DNA of 64,000 bases from Paramecium tetraurelia (taxonomy: Eukaryota), in assembly GCA_000165425.1 (NCBI GenBank), contig CT868021.1, positions 124,001 to 188,000 on the forward strand, read 5' to 3'. A model generated the notes under the pieces. It worked only from the letters and a program-made list of their open reading frames with translations. It ran no database searches and was not told the origin of the DNA. Made by a program: the position numbers and the translations under genes. Within the stretch, counting starts at the first letter, position 1. Every line of letters starts with the position of its first letter. Shown in pieces: positions 43,311 through 55,900 of the stretch.

Positions 43311-44107
43311 ATGTTATTATATATAATAATTTATGCTTTATAAAAGTATAGTTCTTGCTATTTGAGTTTATCAATTCTAAGTTCTTTGACTAATAAGATA
43401 AAGAAGTTTATCAATAATATGATTCAGCATTACCCATTTTTTCACAATACGCATCTAATTTACAAAAATGTAAGGAAATTTGTTGTATTAATCTTTTCTA
43501 AACTTAAGATGATAACTAAAACAATCATGATATCTAAAATACAATTATAATCATAAAATGCCATGGAACTGTAAAATTTATATATTTAATAAAAATTATA
43601 AAGTTCTGTTAAACTGAGTAAATTGAAGTTTTATGTTCAAATTTAAATTATAAATTAAATGAAATTTATTAACAAATAATAAAAGTACGTCCTATTAGTG
43701 GTCTATTTCATGTGAAACTCAGTATTTTTTGCTTATCTCAAATTTTTAATATAACTAATTTTCAATTATATCTATTTAAGCTTTATATACAATATTAGAT
43801 GGGGTCTAGTTCCAACTCAAGGTACAATTAAATTGATATGTAGTCAATAAATGTATCAATTAGATTTAATATTTAACCAAGAAAATTATAGATTGAATAT
43901 TTAGAAAAATAAGAATTGAATGAAATTGCAACAAGAAATAGTATTTGTGTAATATTTTGAAAAATGATTTTGATTGTAATTAGTAATTATAAAGTAAATT
44001 AAGGACTTCTCATTAAAAAATGATTAAAAGTAGTTGTAAATGATTTATAAGTATATAATAGCATTTATTCCGTATATAATGGAAAATTTGTTGTTTGTAT
44101 TATCATT

Positions 44108-44179
44108 TCCGGTATAGTCTAGTGGTTAGGATATCAGGTTCTCACCCTGGGGACCCGGGTTCAATCCCCGGTATCGGAA
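44108..44179 (+). tRNA. tRNA-Glu, anticodon CTC
   Basis: 72-nt GC-rich cloverleaf: acceptor TCCGGTA/TATCGGA, A-box TAGTCTAGTGG, anticodon arm TCAGG-TTCTCAC-CCTGG, T-arm CCGGG-TTCAATC-CCCGG. Confidence 0.95.
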
Positions 44180-44182
44180 TAA

Positions 44183-44197
44183 TTTTTTATTTTTTTT
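44183..44197 (+). terminator. RNA polymerase III oligo-T terminator of the tRNA
   Basis: Runs of 6 and 8 T immediately downstream of the tRNA 3' end. Confidence 0.75.
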
Positions 44198-44258
44198 ATT
44201 TTAGTTTGTTCTTAAAATGCATTATTTTCTTCTGAAAGGTTTTTGAAAATTTATTTTT

Positions 44259-45470
44259 ATGAATTAAAGTTGGAGATAAAAGTTTGAGAAAGATAAATAG
44301 TATCCTAGACATCCTATGGCTCATAAAAATGGTATAGCATTTTTGAATATTTAAAGGTGGTGTTCATATGAATTAAGAAGACGATACTAAGCTTTTTTAG
44401 ATCGCAGGAGCAATGCTAAAATAAATTGGTTCAAAAATAGCCAAAGGAGATTTCAATTTGGCTACTATTCCAAAACCCATATGTTTAACAGCACCTAAAA
44501 CAGCAAATGAATGCTTAACATTGTATATTGTTTATTATAAACAAAAAGCGATCATGACTATACCCACCTTTATCTTACGGAGGCAGCAAAATGTAAGGAT
44601 CCTCTTTAAAGAATGATAATGGTGGTAACAAATGAAATAGCTTATCTTCATGGAACACATACTTATTTGAGGTCATTGGCACCAATTGATCCTATGATTG
44701 GAGAAACATGCCAAAAAGTAAAGGAAGATGGGACTGCCTTTTATTGCGAGTTTATCAAGGCTGATCCTCCAACAACGTTATATCAAATTTATGGGGATGG
44801 GTGGCAAATCTATGGTTCCGAGGAGGTTTTGGCAGAAATACATCCAACTATAACATAGATTATTGGTAAGAATCTGAAACCAAAATACATAAAATTTGCA
44901 GATGGAAAGCTGTATGAAATAAAAGTGCCTTGGATGATCATCAATGGTTTAATGAAAGGAGATCGAATTTTAAATAAGTTGGATAGTTTCACAGTGAAGT
45001 GTGTGCAAGATAAATTGGTTGCTTAAATAAATTTCAGTTATGTGTATGAAGGGAGTGCTTAGAAGATCAAAAATAAGTTGATGTTCTGGTCGCAACAATA
45101 GAAACCACTTTCAGATTTGGTGGATGTGAAAATAAATAAATTAATTAATGTAATAATATTATTAAAAAGACTGATGACGATGATGAAGATCAAGTGTTCA
45201 CCTTAGCGAAAGGATCAGGATCGTGGTTGTCTCATTTTGAAATGGATGGCGAAGTATTGTGGAGAATAGATGATCCCATCCAGCCATGGAAGGAACCACC
45301 ATACATACTGCCAAGCGACTCATTGTTTAGAGAGGACAAAGCCTTGATGTTGAAGGGAGACGATGAAGCAGCTTAAATGTAATTGTGATGCATTAATAAT
45401 TTACAGTACTCGTAACAAGATTGAAGAGCTTGGATTAAAGGATTAAAATTTAAGAAAAAAGAGGAAGTGA
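44259..45470 (+). CDS. oxysterol-binding protein-related (short ORD-only) protein
   Basis: PKPICLTAP, CKDPLQRM, APIDPMIGET, CEFIKADPP, GSWLSHFEMDG, LPSDSLFRED. Several tiny introns. Confidence 0.85.
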
Positions 45471-45596
45471 GATATGTGATAAAATGTAAAGTAAGATTAG
45501 TTCTAATCAATAATAAATTTTAATCCTTCTTCTCATATTGTTTTCCAGTTGCTCTTCACATTTGTAATTTTAAATATAAAATAAATTGTAAATAAA

Positions 45597-47462
45597 ATGG
45601 GTAATTGTGTGACCAACAGAACAAAAATATAAACCAATCTTGAGAAACCCCAAAAGTTGTATATTCACTAAGCTTTTGTGAGACAAACACTAACAAACCC
45701 AGAGTATACTATATTATGAAAATTGTTAGATCTCGTAAACAGCTGTTGTTATTTGAAGACAATTTCATCGACATGTTTGATGAAAGTCCTATCTTGGGTT
45801 AGAGCATGTATTGGTTTTTGTTGGGTCTACAAAATAATGAATAGAAGGGCATTGAATATGAAACCATGCTCTAAATATCCGAAGTCTTTATTTTGGGCAA
45901 ATCAGAAAATGAAGTTCTGAGATTACCAAATAGGGTTTCTCTAATTGTATTAATAGTCTCACAATTTGGTAATTTGAATATCTAGGATGCGATCAAATAA
46001 TTTGCCTCCTTGGAAATCACTTATTTATAGACTGCGAAATGTATGCAAGTGTTTGTTAATATGATGTTAAGAAAACAGAATCCCAATGAATAACCTATCA
46101 AAGCATTTGTAGATGCAATTTTCTAGAAAGTTAATGGCAACGTTCCAATCTTGCAGCTAATCAAATTTTTTGATAATTACATGACACAGTTAGAGGAGAT
46201 TGTCGAAGATTATTATTACAACAAATTTCTGGGAGAATAGAAATTATTTCGTAATCCTTAATTGCAACATCCCTCTCACATATTAAATCAAGAATGGATA
46301 GCATTTATGTACTTGAGTTTCATGCACAAAGACAGTAACAAATTGGAACTTCTATACTCCACCAATGTCCACGAGAGGAACTTTGAGTTATTGTCTCATC
46401 TTCTTACTGAATGTTAAACAAGTGTGCTATTCTTAATCTAGTGTGAAGAAGGTAACCGAAAGTATGTTTTTGGAGCATACACTAATTTTGAATGGAAGGA
46501 TGATGCTTAGCCCAATGGCAGCAAAGAAGATTGTGTTTTTCAAATGATCCCTTAATTTAAAGTGTACAAAACAAAAAACGACAAATTCACTAGATCATAG
46601 TATACCTATCTAAATTCAAAGAATTAAGAATTAAAATTAGGAATCGGATTTGGAGGAGAATTAGCAAAGGAATTCAGACTCTTTCTTAATTAAGATATAC
46701 TAAATGTGTAATGTAAAACTCATGATAAAACCTATGAGCCTGGAGAATTAATGCTCTTGAAATAAGCTAAGGTTTCTATTCTAGAGGTTTGGACAATTTA
46801 GTAGATCTAAGGTACTACATAATTTAAGGATCTGATTTATTAAAAGATAGATGAATAGATTGAATTAGAAGAGTTCGAAAATCCACTAGTTCATCTTGAT
46901 GAGGATATCAGTTCTTATAGATCTGGTGATCATCCATCACTTAATGAATCTATCGATTAATTCAAACAGAAGGATTCATGCGATTGGGAAGGAGAGAGTT
47001 AAAATGGATTTGAAGAAGAGATCATTATAAGAGGGGATGGATTTGAAGAAGTGAAGAAAAATGAATAAGGATTTGAAGTCATTCCTTTGAATGAAGCTAG
47101 TGTATATTAATTTTATTATATTTAATGTAGATCAATAAAAAAAGTACCAATGTACAAAACCCAGAAAAGATACCATAACCACCACAACAAGAGGACAATC
47201 AATTTGAAGAGGTTCTGATCAAAACAACCTAATCTATGGATTCATCTGCACTTTAGATGGTGTACAATGTCGTTTCAGGAACCTTTGGACAGGCTGAATC
47301 AGATGATAAGTATTTGTATTATAAATCAAAAGTTGGAATGGGGATAACTCAGATTGGAAAGGCAACGGATCCACCACCGCCAAACAAAGTCGAGTTCAAT
47401 TAAGTAAGGATTTGGCTACAATCACTGAGGATCTCAAGGAATCTACCAATACATAATATTGA
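45597..47462 (+). CDS. TLDc-domain protein with N-acylation motif (MEAK7/TLDC1-like) and acidic tail
   Basis: Starts MGNCVT; LLYSTNVHERNF, YVFGAYT, YTYLNS, GIGFGG, FRLFL, TYEPG and ILEVW follow the TLDc pattern. Confidence 0.8.
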
Positions 47463-47508
47463 TTATCTTAAATAATATATATTTAATACTAAAGATTGTT
47501 AAATAAAC

Positions 47509-49014
47509 TCATTTTACAGCTATTTGTTCTTAATAGGATGTTTTATAGTCTTAGTATTCTTGGATAAGTATCCCCAATTTTGGAGCTAACTGTTAAAATG
47601 ATTTCTTACTTGATTATCAGTGAAACCTCTCATATTTTCTAAATAGTATTGGATTTCATTGAGTGGCATATCAGTTTCTATTAAGAATTGTTATTCTTAT
47701 TATTCATTAAATTAATTAACATATAAAAATATTAGTCTCTTCTTTCACCTACATAAAATGTGTCCTTTGGCAACATAATCTCCTTAGCATATTTCAAATC
47801 AGTAAAAAATTTATTTAAATCAACCTTAAGTTCTTATTCTTAATTCAAACCCCACATCTATAGATCCTCTAGATACACTATAAATCAAGCATAATTATTA
47901 TAAACAAATCTTCCTTTCTTTTTTCGAGAAGGTTGAATTCATTTGAATGGTTTTAGAATGTCTCAAAGAGATTTGCCTTCAATTCAGTTAATTGTTGTAT
48001 TGAGTTCTTGTATTTAACTTAGGTTATTAATAGGACATCCATGATTTATTTTGTTGATCTTAAGACAGCTTCATTATATGATGGAAGAGAATTGCACAAT
48101 ATTTAGATCATTTCTATCGAATAAGCCTAGATTCTACTAATCCTTAAAAGTAAATTTAGCAAATTATTCTAGGTATTTTTGTATGATAAAGAGTAAACTT
48201 GATAAAATAGTTCTCACAATGGGTTTTTTATTGTAAATTAGAGGAATAGCTAAATAAGGTAAGAGGAGCATTACATCCAGGATTTTGAAAACATTGCTAT
48301 TTAACTTCATAAGAATATCATAGTCATAGATATCATTGTAAGGAAAGGAAGAAATCCAAATAAGAGAATAATTTTTACAATTTACTCTGGAAATGCAGCT
48401 GAAAGTACGTTTCTGAGTTGGATAAAGTCCTGGAGAGTTCTTTTTACCTTCCACTCCATTTGGAGAATTTGAATTGGGAAAACAATGGTTTTTGAAAAGA
48501 AATGTAGAATGCCACCTCCTTCTTGAATGGGACTTGTAGTTATGAGAATAAAATACTGACTGATGTCAAATCAGAGTTTGATGTCTTCAACTATGAAAAA
48601 ATACATTTATTTGCAAGTGAAAGTCTTTTCAAATGGAATCAAGGATTTTATCAGTCTAGATATTCGAAAGATATACAATTTTGATGAATTCCAAGTTTTA
48701 TTTCTTGACAAAAGTATCTCTATCTATGATTTGAATTATATCAATAAAAATATCTGGAGACTCAAGTTCAAAAGTTTGATATGAAGTGAGAGTTACACTT
48801 TTATTGAGAATAATTAATTGTCAGTCCTCTCTTATTGATACAGTTGGATGATCCCCAAATATTTCTTCATATGTCCATTAAGTTAGATCCTAACCAAGAG
48901 AATAATATCCACATTGAAACTTTGTTGGGTTCTTTGCGTAGACCAAAGCCTTCAAAATCCTCTTGATTAAAACCCTTGCCAATGCTATTACTCTTTTGTG
49001 ATTGTTTAATTCAT
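47509..49014 (-). CDS. hypothetical multi-exon protein
   Basis: Code-6 open stretches such as IEMIQILCNSLPSYNEAVLRS and ELKVDLNKFFTDLKYAKEIML, separated by probable tiny introns. Both ends are tentative. Confidence 0.45.
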
Positions 49015-49024
49015 AATTAATAAA

Positions 49025-49858
49025 TCAAAATCCGTATTAAATTTTCTTGTCGTAGAATCTCTTATACACTTGACTATTGAATGTTATTGCTACAACTGCT
49101 GCCACGAAAGGAGTGCAAGTGAATACCCACAAAAACCCGAATCTTCCCCAAGAACCATCCTGAATGCATTCAAACAATTCCAAACTTGACCATATTCCAA
49201 TTTGAATACCTAAAAGCGAATGCTGGATTGAAGAGTGACTATCCCTCAGATGACAAGACACGAGCAGCACCAAATCCTAGAGTGACCACAAGAGCATGTT
49301 CCAATTTATCATCTGAGAATTTCAAGTAATCATCCTCTTGCAAAGCCAAGACTACCATAAATAAAACAGAGCCAATCGATTCGCCTTACACTGACTATTT
49401 GCTTAATCAATATATTCTAATACTCCAAGTAGATTGTCACCGATTTTGGCATTCAAATAGGGTGCATTCGTGAAGTCTTCTAAGACAAAGAAACATACCA
49501 TTGCACCCAAGAGACTGCCTCCGACTTAGCCAATAACATTAAACATAAATTCCTGGAATCCTATTCTAGCCATGAGTAAGTCAATGAAACTAACAGCAGG
49601 ATTGAATACGGTTAGTCGATCAGTGATGAGAATGCTTAAGAAGAATATGACTAAGATTGCCATATTGTTCCCTGCTGATGCTAAAATGCCATAAGTAAAG
49701 AGGAAGGACCCAATTGAAGCAATTAGAGTTGATTTGATAATAGTTTATTTTTCCACATGTGTGTCAGACAATCGACCAACTGATGGAGATGATTCGAATC
49801 TCGTGTAAGCAGCTTAAGATTCCCCTTCTGCATTCACATCGCTTTCGAACCTCTACAT
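49025..49858 (-). CDS. aquaporin / major intrinsic protein
   Basis: Two NPA boxes, VFNPAVS (49595-49603) and LFNPAFAF (49218-49229), plus QVGGSLLG and LWVFTCTPFVAA. Two tiny introns. Confidence 0.88.
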
Positions 49859-49904
49859 ATTTATATATTATTTATAATAATTCCATAAAAACATAAATCA
49901 TAAA

Positions 49905-52900
49905 TCAAAACCATCTTTTAACCCATTATTTGAGTTTCTCTTGTCCTCCAAACAAACTCTTCGAAATTGCAATCAATCTATCACATTTTGAATCGATCAT
50001 TCCATTCTCATAAACAATATCCTTCAATTTCTTAATGAAAGGCTCTACCGAATCCTTGCACCCCAGTTGCCAGAACAAAACGTTTAAATATTCAGCGAGA
50101 CTACATCAATATACAATCAAATAGTTACTCTGGGTTCACTATGCCAATGATTGTGGCCGTGAATGCAGGTATCAAATATCCATACAAATTGACTTCCCCA
50201 ATTAAGTGCTCAAAACTTCTGGAATATCTAATAGCGAATGGATCATAAAGCACTAATTTCTGGTTATTCACTTTGAATAGGTATTTTTTCTAAAAGAAAT
50301 TGCCGTTACTCAAATTTATATGCAGGTTCTCCAACTGTTTTGGTGATTAACTACTGGCAATAGTAAAACTAAGTGCATATTAAACTCCGATGTTCGTAAC
50401 AAGAGTCTTCCTCAACACTATAAACGTATCGAAAGTCTTTGCAAATTTCAAAATGTAATTGCTTAAGTCTTATTTTTATATGTATTTCTCACTCCTCTCC
50501 CTTAAATGATATATAATATTATATGTACATGTAAAATGGGATTCTAACAGTGCTATCTTTGATATCGCTTTTGTGATAGTTAAGAGACACAATTAAATCA
50601 GAAATATTGCTTAAGTTATATGTTTCCTCTTAATATGGTTCTATTTAATATAGCTGTTTCTCGCTCTCTAAGAGGTACTTATCAATATAACCATGTTTAA
50701 TATTTCTGATTTTGGTTTCTTTGTAATTCTGATTCAATAAGTTTGTTATCTTCAAAAATTAAGCAGTTGCCTACTCATCTAATATGTTTTGAATAAACAT
50801 CTTGTTTTCTACCTTCTTGGATTTCAAAAGGAAAAAGTATTTCTTCTCATCATTTCCCAAAAATGCAATCTATCTGATTAGTCTCTTTCTTCTTAAGAAC
50901 ATTATGTTGACTGTTGGGAACATACTTGAAATATGGACATTGTCAAGGGTTTAATTTCTCCTTATTTGTCTTTCAACCCCTGGCATGAGTGTTTAGTTCA
51001 TGGAAAATTCATCATTCAAAGCATACAACCAACTTATTTGAATTTATGATGGAACTAGAGTATTCAATGCACTACTCAACTGTTGAGAAAAGTCTTCAGA
51101 TTAATTAATTTGGAATCCAAAGAGTTTGCCATAGATTAATTTTAATGAAGCAACATAGATGGATGATATTGCTTTTAATTAATCATTTTTTATCCATTTT
51201 TGAAGATCATTAACTGGGAAGAATTATTTCAAGTGCTCCTTTATTTAATGATATTTTTGTATTAAATTTACAATTTACAAACATTTCTCATTAACATTGA
51301 CAGAATTCAATTCATAATATTTCTAATCTAACACTTTGCCACATAAATAAATCAATTCTTCTAATATATCCCAAATAGATGAATCATACCTATTATTAAA
51401 TAGATACTGTATCGAATAAATGTTTGCAAATTAGTTACTCAATTTGGAAGAGTATTAAAAGTGATCTACAAATTATTATGATCTGTCATCAGTCAATAAG
51501 CAGAGACTTTTGAAATATTGAATGACTTGAAAATTGGTTAATGGATTGTATTTGCATAATTTATCTATATACTCCAAGCAATCTTTTCTGACTTATTCTG
51601 AAGGACTCTTAAAAAACGTTGTTATCAATTGAATTAGGAATCTCTATAATAGATGTAAGGGGATCAGCCCAATTTTTTATGAAAATGCATCAATAACAAT
51701 AGCATCAGTTGGATTGGTTATATTAAGTATATGAAACATATACATACCATTTATGGGGAACTTTTGGGGTTTATATTAAATACCGATGGAAGTGACTTGA
51801 ATGTAATTTGATGCGAATTTAATGTTGTTGCTGTACTTCTTATGGGCTAATTGATAGATTTTTTAGACTTCTCTCCAGAATTTGAGATAACTAATTTGAT
51901 TTTGTATGAAGTATTCATTTGATTGGCTGACCATCTATTCTAATTTTGGTTCTTCTGTTGCCATATTGGATGCATTATCAGATTGTTGTTAATATAATCT
52001 CAGCAATTTATAGGATTGATTAATCATTTTGTATCTTCTTATTTTACTAATCATGTATCCTTTGAATTCTTCTGAATTATAGGTTGTCACTTGTAAACAA
52101 TCGAAATAAGTTAATAGTTCTGTCAATTATTGACAATTCTGATCAACATCCTGAATTTTCATTGTTTTGAATTTGATTTTTTCTAATTGATAAACCTTCT
52201 CTGCGTACTTTTGTAAGTGCTTTGGAACTTCTTTCAATATAGTTTATTCATCAAACAATTCAAAAATTCCATTCTTTTAGTAATATCTAAGGGGATATAA
52301 TATTGTTTTGTAATCGAAAATAGATAATTGGAAGCTCTTCAAATCCAACTATGCGACTTAGGCTGTCTATGGCTATCCATTTATATAGTGGTTTAATTGG
52401 CCATTGAAACGATGTAGACACATCTACAATTGAATGAGTCTTTAGCTGATCAAATCGAATGTGAATTCTTGTTAATCAACATTGGTTGGCTGTCGTTCAA
52501 ATAAATACTTTTTGCAGAACAAACTAGATTGATAACCATTCAATATCTGATCTAAAATCATATCCTGAGGGGCTGCCTATTATTAATTTGGATATCCTGG
52601 AATATTTATTGCAAACTGTCTTAGACTTTCTTCTAGTTCAGTATAGAGTTGGAATTGAGACACAAAGTTAAGGAATTTATAACCCCACAATTAAGGAGAT
52701 GACATCATTTAATCATATGATTGTGTCAATTTAGGCAGTGTTTTGATGAAGTTATAGCAATTAATGATTTGCGCATATTTGAGATTTTGTTCAATTGATT
52801 ACAATACAGGACTTCCACCTCTGCCATGCTAATTCTATTGAGAATCATCTCTCACAAAATCAAGTAACTTAAAGTATGCCTGATTATAACAGAAGAGATC

Positions 52901-55900
52901 ATTTTACAGTATATTCTATTTCACTTCTGATAAACCATTTAACTCCTTCCAACCTGAATCTGTTAATTCTTTCTGTCTCTCCCTGAATCCCATAATGATC
53001 TTATTTTAAACTGTCTACACTGTACTCAATTCAACATCCTTCAAGGTATTCCATTAATTGAGTTATTGCAAGGATTCAGAAAACAATTGATGGATTATTT
53101 ATTGATCATATTCCTTCTAAATCCCTTGAGCTTCGTGAGTTTCCTATTCCAATTGCAACCAAAATTGATCGACTTGCTCTTAATTATTGAGTATCAATTA
53201 GTATTATTAGATTGGTTCTCTTAATTGATTCATAAGAACCAATTGTCTGACCCAAGGTTGAGTGGCAGATAGACATTTGCACCCTAACAAACTCTACTTA
53301 TTCCATTGGTCTTAATAGACACCTTGCAATTACACCAGAATATCTTCATTTAAGAGAGAATAATATTCACAATCTTCACTTAAATATTAAAATATTTATT
53401 CCAATAAGTGCTGGCATAATGGCAATAGATTCTTTTAACGAAGACATGTAATTAGGTTATTGAAATTGTGATGAATTTATTGATGATCCAAAATTTAGTG
53501 GATATTCTTCAATTGATTCAGAATATCCTGAACCAAGTAATTAGATATTGTAGTCATTGTTCCATATGATAAAGATTACTATTGGAGGTATTCTGTGAGT
53601 TAGGTGATTGTCTTGAGATCATTTCTGATTACCTGATTGAAGATAGGTCTGAGTAATCGACTGCTGACATTGGCTGCTGTACCCATCAACTCAATTGCAG
53701 CACTAGGTATAATGCACTCTCTTAGAGGTTATTGGGGTTGATCTTAAAGAGGAATGTAGGACAAATTATAAATGACAATCGAGGGTAAATACTCACTGGT
53801 CACTAATTTCAAACTAGAATTATATAATTTTGGCCATTGTTTCTTTCTATAATAGATGGCCAGGTATTTATTGAGCACTTACTCCCTCATATTAGAATCC
53901 TCACTCTCAGCAACTAGTCTAACTGTGATCTTGTGTGGTTGCTAGAGTTGAAATTGTGTTGGCTACTGCAATTGACCTCTTCCCAGAATTAAAAACTTAG
54001 TTGCCATCAACATGATCTCTTCTCCCTCAGTTTGCAAGGGCTGATCCTATTGTTTTGTGGTTTGATCTCCTAGCAAAAATTATAAGAAACGATCATAGGT
54101 GTATCCGTAGATGTCCAGGATCATCCTATAAAAAAATTATTAATAGTCCAAACAAGTGCTTAGCTTACTTATCACTTACAGAATGCGTCTGAATTCCCTT
54201 AATGAACTGCCATTTTTATCGAAGATGCTCTTGAGAAAATAGAACCCACTATTGATGGAGCCCTATTGCTTTTTGAAGGGATAGACCAAAAGCAATTCAC
54301 ATAGGAACATAAAGTATACCTTTAAGACCTTTAAATCCTATACCTTCCCATGATTGTTATCATAACTATCGGAACTTCGCTAATCAATCTTTTTATCAAA
54401 CCAATTTTATAACTTACTGATATCGAAGAAGAAATTCAATTGAACCTCATATGGCATTTTTGATGGTTTGAATTATTAATTCTCTTCCATCCTCTCTAAT
54501 TCCGATCTCACCTACTAACTTCTGATTGGAGACAGATGAGTTGAAATTGCCTGCAAATAGCCTTCCCTATTTGATATACCGTTTATGAAGAGAAGACGCA
54601 TAATCGCTATGCATTCCAATTTAAGTTCATAATCAGGAACTGATTCAATTATCAATATCAACAATTACAAGAATTCTAATTGTTCTTTCTGATCCTTGAT
54701 TTCATCAAAATTATAAGCCATCATTTTTATTGTCTTTTGCAAAGCGGATCTATGTAGATGAAACTTTATTTTTTAATTTTCTGGAAAATCCTCTGGGAAA
54801 TACAGTGTCTCGTCACTCTTAGTTATCCCAAATGGAAAATCATCAGCCATCTCTGTGAAATCAGCTATGTATTGAGACAAATTTGCATTTGTGTATTGTT
54901 TCTAAGCATCAAATTCCAAGTTATCCTTCTCTCTTATGTTAAATTGTCTTTTAGGAGTCACGTATTTGCGTAGATTGTCTAAATATTGGTCTCCTTTATC
55001 CTTAGATTTCAAATACTCAATCAACAACTCAACTATCTTTTTCAATGCTGGCATCAAAATTCGCACACTCGTAATATCGTGATTAAACAACAATTTCAAT
55101 AAGAAGATAGACAGAATGTTCAACTTTATCACTTGAGGACCCATTCTTTGTCCTGCAGGTATCCCTTGCTAATTATTTCGTTTCTATTGAAGATGTCCTT
55201 GAATGGCATCGTTTACCCAATTAGATAAATTAGTTTGCAACCATTCGCTTTATTCATTCTGTTATTCCTTAGCAACCTTCAGGAATTTGCGGAAAATACA
55301 ATAGATACTAAAGATCAAGGGAGTATAATCTAATGTCAGCGCAAGGTAATGTAATTGGAATTTATCGATTGGTTGGGACTGAAAGGGCAATCTCTACTGT
55401 GGATTCATTGGTCTCGGTTGAGTGGGAGGCATCCTTGGGTTTGGTCGAGGAGCCATTTGCTAAGGGAGTTGATCAGGCAATTTATATAGATTGAAGATGA
55501 TGTCGAAATAAGGTTAATATAGTTGAGGGATTCTTTGTGGCAATTGGAATTCTGCGATAATCATCAAAATGTGCAGAATTATCATAAAGTATCGAAAATA
55601 GGGTTAGGCAATAGGTTGTTGTTAAACGGTTCTTTGATTTTAGTTGATTTGTTAGGACTCTATTGCTTAGTTCAATAGATTAGACACGTTCTTTTTTAAA
55701 GCCTCCATATTCATCTTCTGATTGGTCAAAGGAGCAATTATCAATATCTTCTTCAATAAGTATAGGGCCCTTTTAGACAACTCTGAATCCTCTATGTTGT
55801 GTGCCTTTAAAGACTGTTTGATAAAGAATGATTAATAGATTTCACTGGAGAGAGCTTCATCATGATGTTATGGTTCGCATTGATAAAACGATTCCTTGAA

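Noticed and set aside
44108..44179. tRNA as a TAA/TAG-decoding Gln suppressor
   Set aside because: The anticodon is CTC (Glu), not TTA or CTA.
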